A stretch of DNA of 64,000 bases from an uncultured Bdellovibrionales bacterium (GTDB lineage Bacteria; Patescibacteriota; Minisyncoccia; Moranbacterales; UBA1568), in the NCBI GenBank assembly GCA_964597355.1, contig CAZQWS010000001.1, positions 24,279-88,278 on the forward strand, in the 5' to 3' direction. Below, piece by piece: positions 1 to 8,209 of this stretch. Position numbers and translations under genes: made by a program. The notes under the pieces were generated by a model. That model worked only from the letters and a program-made list of their open reading frames with translations, was not told the origin of the DNA and did no database searches. Numbering within the stretch: the stretch's first letter is position 1; every line of letters begins with the position of its first letter.

Positions 1-1114
1 ATGCACCAACCCTCATCTTTCGAGGATCATCTTTAATTTTGTAGAGAATACCGCCCTTGCGCACATTACGCTCTTCAATGAGTTTTTTCTCAAAGGCGAT
101 AGCCTCTTTCATATGAGGATTCTCTTCGGTAATGCAGTACTTCCACTGCATATAGCGAAATTTGTAAACAAAAAATTTCTTTCCATCCTCTCCCACCCGT
201 TCATTGGTATAAATAATCGGCCCATCCGGGTCTTCAATTTTGATAAGAAGAGCAATGATAAACATGAGAGGAGAAAAGAGGAAGGTTAAGCCAAAACCAG
301 CCACGATATCAAAACCCCGCTTCAGCACCTTCCCCCAACCATCGAGCGGCGTATGTTGAAACTCAATGATTGGTTCGCCATTGAAAATTTTCATCTCAAA
401 CCGAGGTGTCTGCAAGGTCGTCGGAAAGTATTTATACGTAATGTTATTGATCTGACAGTAGTCAAACAATTTCTCCTGCTCATCGTCGGTGAGTGTCGGA
501 TCACCGATAACAATTTCATCAATACCTTTCTTGACGCGGATTTCCTTAATCCGACTCACGCTGGCAGTATCAATCTGATCGACAACCTTGTACCCCAACT
601 CTTTTTTGCGAGTGAGTAGTTGTTTCAAAGCATACATGCGCTGATTGGTCCCAATGAGGAGAATTCTGTGTACTCCGATACCACGATTGATCAGAAGCCA
701 CTTCTGGATCCTCTGAATAATAAGCCGAGTCATCACTACATAGAAAATAGCCAGAAGCCAACCAACCAAGATCACGAAACGGGAAGAAAACCACTCGCGT
801 TGGAGGAAAACGGCGATCATCAAGATAATGAGGCCAATCGTGATAGCCCGAGCTACTCCATAAAACTCTTGCCAAGCTCGACGGGTCGTACGCATCTGGT
901 ACAGCCCTTCAAAGGCAATAATCGCAATAAAAAACGGCGCTACAGTCAACGCAAAGCGAATATAATCATCGAGCGCGAGGTTGAACACTCGCGAGACATA
1001 CGGCTGAAAGATAGCTAAGCCACGCAAAAAATACGCTGAGATAGCTGCCAGGAGAATCATGATAAAGTCGACAGGGACCTGGAGCGTACTAAAATAAATT
1101 TCTGAGCGTTTCAC
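1..1114 (-). CDS. Polyprenyl glycosylphosphotransferase / sugar transferase (WcaJ/WbaP-like), 3' end runs off the window
   Basis: Not in the ORF track. Manual translation from GTG 1114 gives MKRSEIYFSTLQVPVDFIMILL..., N-terminal TM helices, then LKRGFDIVAG...LIKIEDPDGPIIYTNERVGEDGKKFFVYKFRYM...DDPR (Bac_transf motifs). Confidence 0.9.
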   Translation of the reverse strand, partial: MKRSEIYFSTLQVPVDFIMILLAAISAYFLRGLAIFQPYVSRVFNLALDDYIRFALTVAPFFIAIIAFEGLYQMRTTRRAWQEFYGVARAITIGLIILMIAVFLQREWFSSRFVILVGWLLAIFYVVMTRLIIQRIQKWLLINRGIGVHRILLIGTNQRMYALKQLLTRKKELGYKVVDQIDTASVSRIKEIRVKKGIDEIVIGDPTLTDDEQEKLFDYCQINNITYKYFPTTLQTPRFEMKIFNGEPIIEFQHTPLDGWGKVLKRGFDIVAGFGLTFLFSPLMFIIALLIKIEDPDGPIIYTNERVGEDGKKFFVYKFRYMQWKYCITEENPHMKEAIAFEKKLIEERNVRKGGILYKIKDDPRKMRVGA

Positions 1115-1150
1115 AAGATAGAGTATACAAGTGATAAGCAAACAAGAAAC

Positions 1151-1614
1151 CCTTTACAAAACAGATCGATAAGCCGGATTCTGTACTCTACGATTGCTCG
1201 TAGCGTGACTACCATTTCTCTTGCTTCTGTATTACTACAGAAATCTTTGCGGTTCTCCCAGCACCTATCGAGCTTCAAGTATCTTTCTGTAAATTTTCTT
1301 AATACTGTACTCCAGAATATTAGGAGAACTTGGGATATAAGAAAGTTCTTTAATAAATACAATAAGCTCGATAGGTGCTGGGCACGACCTTGCACTCGAG
1401 TAAGGATTTAGCCGTTTCACCTTCTCAATTACTTGAAAAGCTCATCCTGTGATTGCTCAAAGGATGCCTGGTACCTTTCGGCCCCGACGTCTCTGCTCGC
1501 ACCTCGCGTCTCACAACGTATGGGAGTTACCCACTACCCTTACCCTTCGAAAGAAGGGCTGAGTGTCCGGACTTTCCTCGCCGTAGCGCGGTAGTCTGAT
1601 CTGTTTTGTAAAGG
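1151..1614 (-). ncRNA. rnpB: RNase P RNA (bacterial)
   Basis: Minus strand has GAGGAAAGTCCGGAC near the 5' end and ACAGAATCCGGCTTAT near the 3' end. Terminal P1 pairing is CCTTTACAAAACAGATC / GATCTGTTTTGTAAAGG. Confidence 0.95.
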
Positions 1615-1639
1615 ATCCCCTTACTCTTCCAACTGGAGA

Positions 1640-1668
1640 ATCTTATCACAATTTATATAAATTGTCAA
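1640..1668 (-). promoter_or_regulatory. Sigma70-type promoter of rnpB
   Basis: TTGACA (1668-1663), 17 nt spacer, TAAGAT (1645-1640). Confidence 0.7.
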
Positions 1669-1708
1669 TCAAAAATCCTCCTCTTCAGATCATGAAAAAA
1701 TGGCTTAG

Positions 1709-4075
1709 CTAAAGCCTCAATCGCATGCACAGATGCTCCCCTGCCTCGCGAACAATACTCTCAAACTTTTCATCCATTTCCGCACTCGAGAGCGTGCGCT
1801 CATACGAACCAAAGCCGAGATGGAGAGCAAAGCTTTTTTCTGTCTCAGTGGTATACACATCAAACAATTCACTGGAAAGAAGCAGTGGCGCCCCAGCAAG
1901 ATCAATCACTTGCTTGAGACGAGCAAAGCTCACATCCTTAGGACCAACGAGGGATATGTCACGCATAGCCAAAGGAAAGCGAGAAATGCCTTTAAATACC
2001 TTCTCGCTCCCCTCGAGCGCCTGCCAGGTTTTTACAGGGATCTCCGCATACAAAAGCACTGCTTTTTTCCCAAGCCGGCTGGTATATTTGTCATGGACAA
2101 CCCCGACATATCCGAGCGACTCACTCATGACACTGACATGCGCGACTCGAGTCGGATGGAAACAGACTGGTGCATTGTTCGCTACACTTTCCCAGAGTGG
2201 GTTGAGATGACTTAGGCCAAACAAACTTTCAATTTTGGCCTTGAAATGGAGGAATGATTCCTCAACAGAGTCGGATTCCTTTTCAAAGTGCACTAAACCA
2301 ATACGTTTCTCCTCTTCTGGACCAGTCTTGCCATCAAGGAAAATGCTTCCGTATTCAAAGCAAGCAAAGTGATCAAAGTTCTTCACGTTTTGGCTGACGC
2401 TACGGAACAGGTTCGGGAAGAGGCTCGCCCTGAGGTAGGTCTGATCTGGGTTCATAGGGTTCGCCAAAGTGAGGTGCTTTTCTTTTTCTACCGCACTCAT
2501 TTCCAGGGACTTTTCTCCATAAAAGGAATACGTCATTACTTCGTCAAATCCCATGTCCGCAAGCTGTTCCTTGACTTGCCGCTCGAAAAGCTTGGCCCGA
2601 TCTCGAGTTTCTGGCATTGCTGGCAAACGAAGCGGGATTGGATCGATCGTATCGTAGCCACGCATGCGGCCGATTTCTTCGATAATATCTTCAGGATGAT
2701 TGAGGTCTCCTCGGCGAAGCGGTACGGTAATCAATAGCGCCTGTCGGTTAGGAAGTTTCTTCACCGAAAGCCCGAGCCATGAACAATATTGCACTACCTC
2801 AAAGAGAGGCACTTTGATTCCGAGAAGACTCGCTACCGTATCGAGTTCGAGAATAATATTTTTGGGCTTGGGGAGTTTCACACCTGCTTCACGCAGCGTC
2901 ATCTCTCTCCCTAGTCCCCAGGCTTCCACATAGCGAGCAAGCAGTGGCGCTACTTCATCGGCCCGCGAGAGGTCAATGCCCCGTTCAAAGCGATAGGCCG
3001 CGTCCGTAAGCAAATGATAGCGCTTCTCAGTCCGGCGAATGCTTGCTGCCTCAAAATGAGCAATTTCAAATACCACGCTCTTGGTCTTTTCCTCGATACC
3101 AGAATGTTTGCCTCCCATAACCCCAGCCAAGGCGATCGGTTTCTTGGCATCGGCAATGACGATATCATCAGAAGAAAGTGAGAGACTGGTGCCATCGAGC
3201 AAGAGAAGCTTTTCTCGGTTCTTGGCCTCACGCACGACAATCCCTCCCTTTGGAATAGCATCCGCATCAAAAGCATGGATGGGTTGACCCGTTTCCAGCA
3301 TGAGGTAATTGGTGAGATCAACCAGAGCATTGATTGGCCGCAACCCCGAAAGGAGGAGACGTGCTTGGACATCAATAGGAGTTTCTACTCGGTTCAACTT
3401 TGGAAGGTAAATAGCGAGATAACGGAGAGCGCGTTTGGACTTGAGCGTTACCTTGGGCACACGTGGGCTCTTTTTGATGGATCGTTTCGGAGGAGTGTTT
3501 TTGAGAAACCAAGCTTCATAGCCTTCGAGAGCGGCGATTTCCCGAGCCAAACCTCGATAGGAAAGGGTGTCCCCGCTTCGGTCAGGCAAAATCTTTACAT
3601 CAAGCAAGGTGTCATCGAGTCCGGCATACGGAGCAAAATCCTTGCCAAGAGGCGCATCGGGAGCGAGAACAAGAATACCCTCGTGATTTTCCCCGAGTCC
3701 GAGTTCTTTGGCCGAGCAGATCATGCCTTGTGAAAGCACTCCACGGAGTTCAGATTCTTTGATCACGATCCCTCCCGGGAGATGGGCTCCAGGAAGCGCC
3801 ACGGCTACCTTTTGACCCACTGCTAGGTTGGGTGCGCCACAGACAATTTCTCGCTTTTCCTTTTTTTCTACCTGAACCTCGGCCACGCGCAAACGATCGG
3901 CATTGGGGTGTTGTTTCACCGTGAGCACCTTTCCGATCACCACGTTTTCCAAACCATGCTGGTATTTTTCTATCGATTCCACTTCAAACGCATGCGTCAT
4001 AAGAAGCTCAGCCAATTTCTCGGGTGAGCGCCTCGTGCCAGACAGTTCTTTGAGCCATTTATATGAAAAAAGCAT
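1709..4075 (-). CDS. pheT: Phenylalanine--tRNA ligase beta subunit
   Basis: 788 aa; HPNADRL, IVCGAPN, GMICSAKELG, YRFERG, EEIGRMRGY, C-terminal FDX-ACB domain; adjacent to pheS. Confidence 0.97.
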   Translation of the reverse strand: MLFSYKWLKELSGTRRSPEKLAELLMTHAFEVESIEKYQHGLENVVIGKVLTVKQHPNADRLRVAEVQVEKKEKREIVCGAPNLAVGQKVAVALPGAHLPGGIVIKESELRGVLSQGMICSAKELGLGENHEGILVLAPDAPLGKDFAPYAGLDDTLLDVKILPDRSGDTLSYRGLAREIAALEGYEAWFLKNTPPKRSIKKSPRVPKVTLKSKRALRYLAIYLPKLNRVETPIDVQARLLLSGLRPINALVDLTNYLMLETGQPIHAFDADAIPKGGIVVREAKNREKLLLLDGTSLSLSSDDIVIADAKKPIALAGVMGGKHSGIEEKTKSVVFEIAHFEAASIRRTEKRYHLLTDAAYRFERGIDLSRADEVAPLLARYVEAWGLGREMTLREAGVKLPKPKNIILELDTVASLLGIKVPLFEVVQYCSWLGLSVKKLPNRQALLITVPLRRGDLNHPEDIIEEIGRMRGYDTIDPIPLRLPAMPETRDRAKLFERQVKEQLADMGFDEVMTYSFYGEKSLEMSAVEKEKHLTLANPMNPDQTYLRASLFPNLFRSVSQNVKNFDHFACFEYGSIFLDGKTGPEEEKRIGLVHFEKESDSVEESFLHFKAKIESLFGLSHLNPLWESVANNAPVCFHPTRVAHVSVMSESLGYVGVVHDKYTSRLGKKAVLLYAEIPVKTWQALEGSEKVFKGISRFPLAMRDISLVGPKDVSFARLKQVIDLAGAPLLLSSELFDVYTTETEKSFALHLGFGSYERTLSSAEMDEKFESIVREAGEHLCMRLRL

Positions 4076-4080
4076 AGAAT

Positions 4081-5112
4081 CTAAAATTGCTGAGTAAATC
4101 GGAGGTCACCACTCATGAGGAGACGGATATCCGTAATTTTGTATTTCATCATAGCGAGCCGAGTCAAACCAAAGCCCCAGGCAAATCCTTGGTACTCGTT
4201 ACGTTTGTAGCCAGCTGCCTCAAAAACATTCTGATGCACCATGCCAGCACCGCCAATCTCAAGCCAACCCGTCCCTTTACAAACTGGACAACCAGTCCCG
4301 CCACAGAGAAGACAACTCACATCAAATTCAAACGATGGTTCGGTAAAAGGGAAGAAACTGGGGCGGAGTCGCACTTCGATTTTCTTTTCAAAAAAAGTTG
4401 TAAAGAATGTTTCTGCCAAGTGTTTGAAGTTGGCTACCGAAATATCTTTCCCAACTACCAAGCATTCAAACTGATGGAACGTATGCTCATGTGAAGCATC
4501 GGTCGCTTCATTGCGGAAAATCCGACCCGGGATAATGATCTGGAAGGGAGGGGTATGGGTTTGCATATAGCGCACCTGCACCGACGAAGTGTGTGTCCGA
4601 GGGAGAAACTTTTTCTTCCCCCACTGCTTCTCAAGCCAGAAAGCATCCTGCATGTCACGCGCTGGATGGTCCGGTGGGAAATTGAGAGCATCAAAGTTGT
4701 ACCATTCACTTTCTACCTCAGGACCGTCGGCTATGCCAAAACCCATCGAAGTAAAGATGTCTTCAATTTCATGTTCGATCTGAGTGATCGGATGGAGATG
4801 GCCCGACGTATATCCTCGGCCAGGAAGCGTCACATCGATACGCTCCGCTTCATAATCCCGACTGTTTTCCACTAGGTTGGTTCGTGTCTGGTTCAGTGCT
4901 TCGGATAGCTCCTGCTTCAGAGCATTTCCCTTGAAACCTACTGCTTTACGTTCTTCCGGAGAGAGATCTTTGACACCTCGAAGAAGATTGTTAAATTCGC
5001 TTTTTCGGCCAAGATAGATATTTTCCCAGTCACGCAAAGCCGCCTCATCCTTGATGGTGGCGAGCTTTGAGAGGGCTTCAGTTTTGAGTGTTTCCAGTCG
5101 TTCGAGCATCAT
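4081..5112 (-). CDS. pheS: Phenylalanine--tRNA ligase alpha subunit
   Basis: GHLHP, NFDALNFPPDHPARDMQD, RTHTSSVQ, FPFTEPS, GFAWGFG motifs. Confidence 0.98.
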   Translation of the reverse strand: MMLERLETLKTEALSKLATIKDEAALRDWENIYLGRKSEFNNLLRGVKDLSPEERKAVGFKGNALKQELSEALNQTRTNLVENSRDYEAERIDVTLPGRGYTSGHLHPITQIEHEIEDIFTSMGFGIADGPEVESEWYNFDALNFPPDHPARDMQDAFWLEKQWGKKKFLPRTHTSSVQVRYMQTHTPPFQIIIPGRIFRNEATDASHEHTFHQFECLVVGKDISVANFKHLAETFFTTFFEKKIEVRLRPSFFPFTEPSFEFDVSCLLCGGTGCPVCKGTGWLEIGGAGMVHQNVFEAAGYKRNEYQGFAWGFGLTRLAMMKYKITDIRLLMSGDLRFTQQF

Positions 5113-5160
5113 GTTGTCAGTCTATCGTAACTGAGAAAGCTGGTCAAAATGACCCTTGTG

Positions 5161-5242
5161 GTCATCCCGGGCTTGACCCGGGAACCAGTTAATTTTACAC
5201 AGAAGAACACCCCCTAGATTCCGGCTCGCAGGCCGGAATGAC
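5161..5242. repeat. REP/RPE-like palindromic element
   Basis: GTCATCCCGGGCTTGACCCGGGAACCAG...TAGATTCCGGCTCGCAGGCCGGAATGAC: two GC hairpins with terminal GTCAT/ATGAC inverted repeats. Confidence 0.7.
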
Positions 5243-5255
5243 AATAAAACATCTT

Positions 5256-6461
5256 TCAAAAAACAATTTTTACAAAGTCCTTCTTACCGACTTTGAGGAT
5301 TTTATCTTGATAACTCGAAGTGAGCGGAAGATTTGGATCAAGAAGTTTTTCATCATTACAAGAAACCCCGCCCTGTTCGATTTTACGTCGGGCCTCACCT
5401 TTGCTTTCGGCGAGTTCCGCTGCAACAATGACTTCGATAAGATGCATACCTTCGGTTACTTTCACTTCCGGTACATTGACTGGAATTTTTCGCTCAGAAA
5501 AGGTTTGGCTGAAGTAATTCTCAGCTTCCTTAGCTGCGTCTCCACCATGATAAAGCTTCACAATCTCATAAGCTAGACGTTTTTTTGCATCACGAGGATT
5601 AGAACCTTCCTTCATTCCTTCCTCTACTGCGTTAATGTAATTTATTGGAACACGAGTACAATGGACAAAATAAGAAACAATCAGTTCATCGGGGATACTC
5701 ATGACTTTCCCAAACATGTCATTGGGCGTATCGGTGAGATTGATCGTGTTGCCCCAGCTCGAACTCATCTTGCGGCCATCGGTACCCAAGATGAGATTGG
5801 TCATGAGGATATCCTGAGGCTCCTTGGCCCAAGTGGATTGGAGCTTGCGGCCGGCCAAGAGATTGAAACGCTGGTCAGTACCCCCGAGCTCTACGCTCGC
5901 TTCTACCTTGAGACTATCGATCCCCTGGAAAACGGGGTAGAGCATTTCGCGCAGTGACACCCGCTTGCCTGCATCGAGGCGCTTCTTGATGTTTTCTCGA
6001 GAAATGAATTCAGCCACCGAAAAAGCATCCGCATGCGTCACTATTTGCTCGAGCTGCATATCCTTGAACCACTCCGAATTGTGTTTTACTTCAGTCTTAT
6101 CTTTATCCAAGATTTTGAAAGCTTGGGCGAGGTAAGTTTCCATGTTTTGCCGTACATCCTCCGCAGACAACATGGGGCGTTCGGAATCCTTGTCAGATGT
6201 ATCACCAATTTCTGCAGTAAAGTCGCCCACGATAAACACCACTTGGCAGCCCAAGTCCTGGAAATCTTTCAGCTTGAGAAGCGGCACCGAGCGACCTAAG
6301 TGGAGATTGCGACTGGTCGGATCAATCCCGAGTTTCACTCGCAGTTTCTCACCCGCAAGCAATTTGGATTTCAAATGCTCCCGATCAATTACTTCCGCCG
6401 CTCCCCGGGTAAGGAGTTCTTCAATCTGTTTTTCTCGAGTTAAAATTTCTTCTTGTGACAT
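5256..6461 (-). CDS. tyrS: Tyrosine--tRNA ligase
   Basis: GIDPT..LHLG (HIGH), GGTDQRFN, KMSSS, C-terminal S4 domain. Confidence 0.97.
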   Translation of the reverse strand: MSQEEILTREKQIEELLTRGAAEVIDREHLKSKLLAGEKLRVKLGIDPTSRNLHLGRSVPLLKLKDFQDLGCQVVFIVGDFTAEIGDTSDKDSERPMLSAEDVRQNMETYLAQAFKILDKDKTEVKHNSEWFKDMQLEQIVTHADAFSVAEFISRENIKKRLDAGKRVSLREMLYPVFQGIDSLKVEASVELGGTDQRFNLLAGRKLQSTWAKEPQDILMTNLILGTDGRKMSSSWGNTINLTDTPNDMFGKVMSIPDELIVSYFVHCTRVPINYINAVEEGMKEGSNPRDAKKRLAYEIVKLYHGGDAAKEAENYFSQTFSERKIPVNVPEVKVTEGMHLIEVIVAAELAESKGEARRKIEQGGVSCNDEKLLDPNLPLTSSYQDKILKVGKKDFVKIVF

Positions 6462-6480
6462 AGCTTTTCAAAAGTAGATA

Positions 6481-6515
6481 GACCGTATTTCGAATACCGT
6501 ATTCAGTATACCGCA
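6481..6515. repeat. Degenerate 7-mer array (TACCGTA-like) downstream of the four-helix-bundle gene
   Basis: gaccgta tttcgaa taccgta ttcagta taccgca. Confidence 0.7.
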
Positions 6516-6519
6516 AAAA

Positions 6520-6894
6520 TCACTGAGCTGATTTCATAAGGCCTGAAAGCATCTTACTAAGCTCTACTGTCTCAGTCGCCAAAGCCTTGAACTCACTCCC
6601 TGGTAAATATCCAACATCTTTTGCGACTAACAATTGATTCTGAATTTCAGTCAATGAACCAAAAGCGATTGCATAAAACTGCGCCTTTTCTTTTGGAGAC
6701 TTCCTTCGAAATCCTTCTGCGATATTGGAAGTGAAGGAGACTGCCGCTCGTCGCAACTGAGAAATAAGGCCGAAAACCTCATCTCGTGGGAATTGTTTAG
6801 TAACTCGATAAATATCTAGAACTAGAGCATGTCCTTTTTGCCAAGTCCGGAGATCGGTAAATGACTGGATTTTTCCTTCTTTCTTTTCCGGCAT
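6520..6894 (-). CDS. Four-helix-bundle protein (23S rRNA IVS protein / Avd-like family)
   Basis: SFTDLRTWQK...FPRDEVFGLISQLRRAAVSFTSNIAEG...GSLTEIQNQL family signature. Confidence 0.92.
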   Translation of the reverse strand: MPEKKEGKIQSFTDLRTWQKGHALVLDIYRVTKQFPRDEVFGLISQLRRAAVSFTSNIAEGFRRKSPKEKAQFYAIAFGSLTEIQNQLLVAKDVGYLPGSEFKALATETVELSKMLSGLMKSAQ

Positions 6895-6921
6895 ACGGTC
6901 TACGATATACGGGATACGTTA
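6894..6921. repeat. Degenerate 7-mer array (TACGGTA-like), inverted relative to 6481-6515
   Basis: tacggtc tacgata tacggga tacgtta. Confidence 0.7.
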
Positions 6922-7215
6922 CAGTCCGAGTTTGCGTTTGGCGAGACGGTATTGGTCATCTGACATTTGACCGGCTCGTTTCATGGATTCAAGCTGCTCG
7001 AGGATTTCTTTCTTGTGCTTTTGTACATTTTCTGGCTTCATCGCCTTCTGCATCACCTTGTTGCGTTCCTCGGGCGACATCGCCATGATGCGCTTCATGG
7101 CAAATTTCTGGAACATATTCATGTCCTCCGCGCCGGGCATATGTTCGAGTGCCTCTTCAATTTTCTTCTTTTCTTCTTCCTTTTTAGGATCTTTTTTAAA
7201 TGGATTCCATTGCAT
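6919..7215 (-). CDS. Hypothetical protein (98 aa, Met/Lys/Glu-rich, helical)
   Basis: Fills the gap between secF and the four-helix-bundle gene; co-oriented. Confidence 0.75.
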   Translation of the reverse strand: MQWNPFKKDPKKEEEKKKIEEALEHMPGAEDMNMFQKFAMKRIMAMSPEERNKVMQKAMKPENVQKHKKEILEQLESMKRAGQMSDDQYRLAKRKLGL

Positions 7216-7220
7216 ACATT

Positions 7221-7304
7221 CAGCGGTTAGGGTTTAGGGGATAGAATTTTATTTTCACTTCTTAATCTTTTTACTCAACGCTCGACGCTACACGCTTAAC
7301 CCTG
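7221..7304. repeat. Inverted 7-mer array pair, empty
   Basis: Left gcggtta gggttta ggggata; right ctcaacg ctcgacg ctacacg cttaacc. Confidence 0.55.
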
Positions 7305-8204
7305 TTTTCTGACTTTAAATCGGTAACGCGTAACGAGAAGGGCTGAAGCGATAAAGATCGAGGAGTACGTTCCGAAGCCGACCCCTACCAAAAGCGCTAC
7401 GGCAAACCAGCGGACGCTCTCGCCACCGAGAAGCGCGATCGCAACGAGCACGATAATCACCGTCAGCGAAGTGTTGATAGAGCGGACGATCGTTTCATTG
7501 AGCGAGTGATTGACGATGGATTCAAAGCTTATCCCCCGCTTAGCTCGGAGCAAGTTCTCGCGCACTCGATCATACACGACGATCGTGTCATTGACTGAAT
7601 ACCCGAGAATAGTAAGGAGAGCTGCAATGAAGGGTACCCCCACTTCGATCCCATAGAAATGCCCCAATACGCTAAAGATACCCACTGTAATGATAATGTC
7701 ATGGGCGAGGGCGATGATCGCTCCCAAGCCATATTCCCAGGAGCTAATCGGTTGAGAAACTCGACGAAACGCCCAGGCAATATAGAGCGCGATCCCGAGA
7801 AGCGCCAAAGCTGTTCCTGAAAAAGCCTGTTCTTTGATTTGACTTGAGACTGTGGCGCCGATAAAGTCGACCCTGAGTTGCTTCAGATTCGGATCAAAGG
7901 ACTTGAGCTCAGTGAGCACCCGTTCATTGGTTCCCTCATCGGAAGCGAGGTAGCGGAGGAGCATCCCATATTCGGCCGTGGGCTGTACCGTGAGGCTTTG
8001 GAGTTCCACGGGAGCCAGTTTCTCTCGAACGAGATCAGCCGTCGGATAAAGTTCTGAAGCGAATTGCACCTCCATGAGGGTTCCCCCCTTGAAGTCGAGG
8101 CCAAGTCGCAGTCCCCAAACACTGATCGCGACCACACTCGAGAGCGTCAGGAGAAGTGAGAAGGCATAGAAGTAGCGGCGCTTATTGATGAAATTGACAG
8201 CCAT
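7296..8204 (-). CDS. secF: Protein translocase subunit SecF
   Basis: GLDFKGGT, ALAHD, GYSVNDTIVVYDRVREN, RSINTSLT, GTYSSIFIA. Confidence 0.97.
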   Translation of the reverse strand: MAVNFINKRRYFYAFSLLLTLSSVVAISVWGLRLGLDFKGGTLMEVQFASELYPTADLVREKLAPVELQSLTVQPTAEYGMLLRYLASDEGTNERVLTELKSFDPNLKQLRVDFIGATVSSQIKEQAFSGTALALLGIALYIAWAFRRVSQPISSWEYGLGAIIALAHDIIITVGIFSVLGHFYGIEVGVPFIAALLTILGYSVNDTIVVYDRVRENLLRAKRGISFESIVNHSLNETIVRSINTSLTVIIVLVAIALLGGESVRWFAVALLVGVGFGTYSSIFIASALLVTRYRFKVRKQG

Positions 8205-8209
8205 AGCAA

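Noticed and set aside
6520-6894. Diversity-generating retroelement (Avd homologue)
   Set aside because: No reverse transcriptase and no TR/VR pair with adenine-specific mismatches seen in the window.
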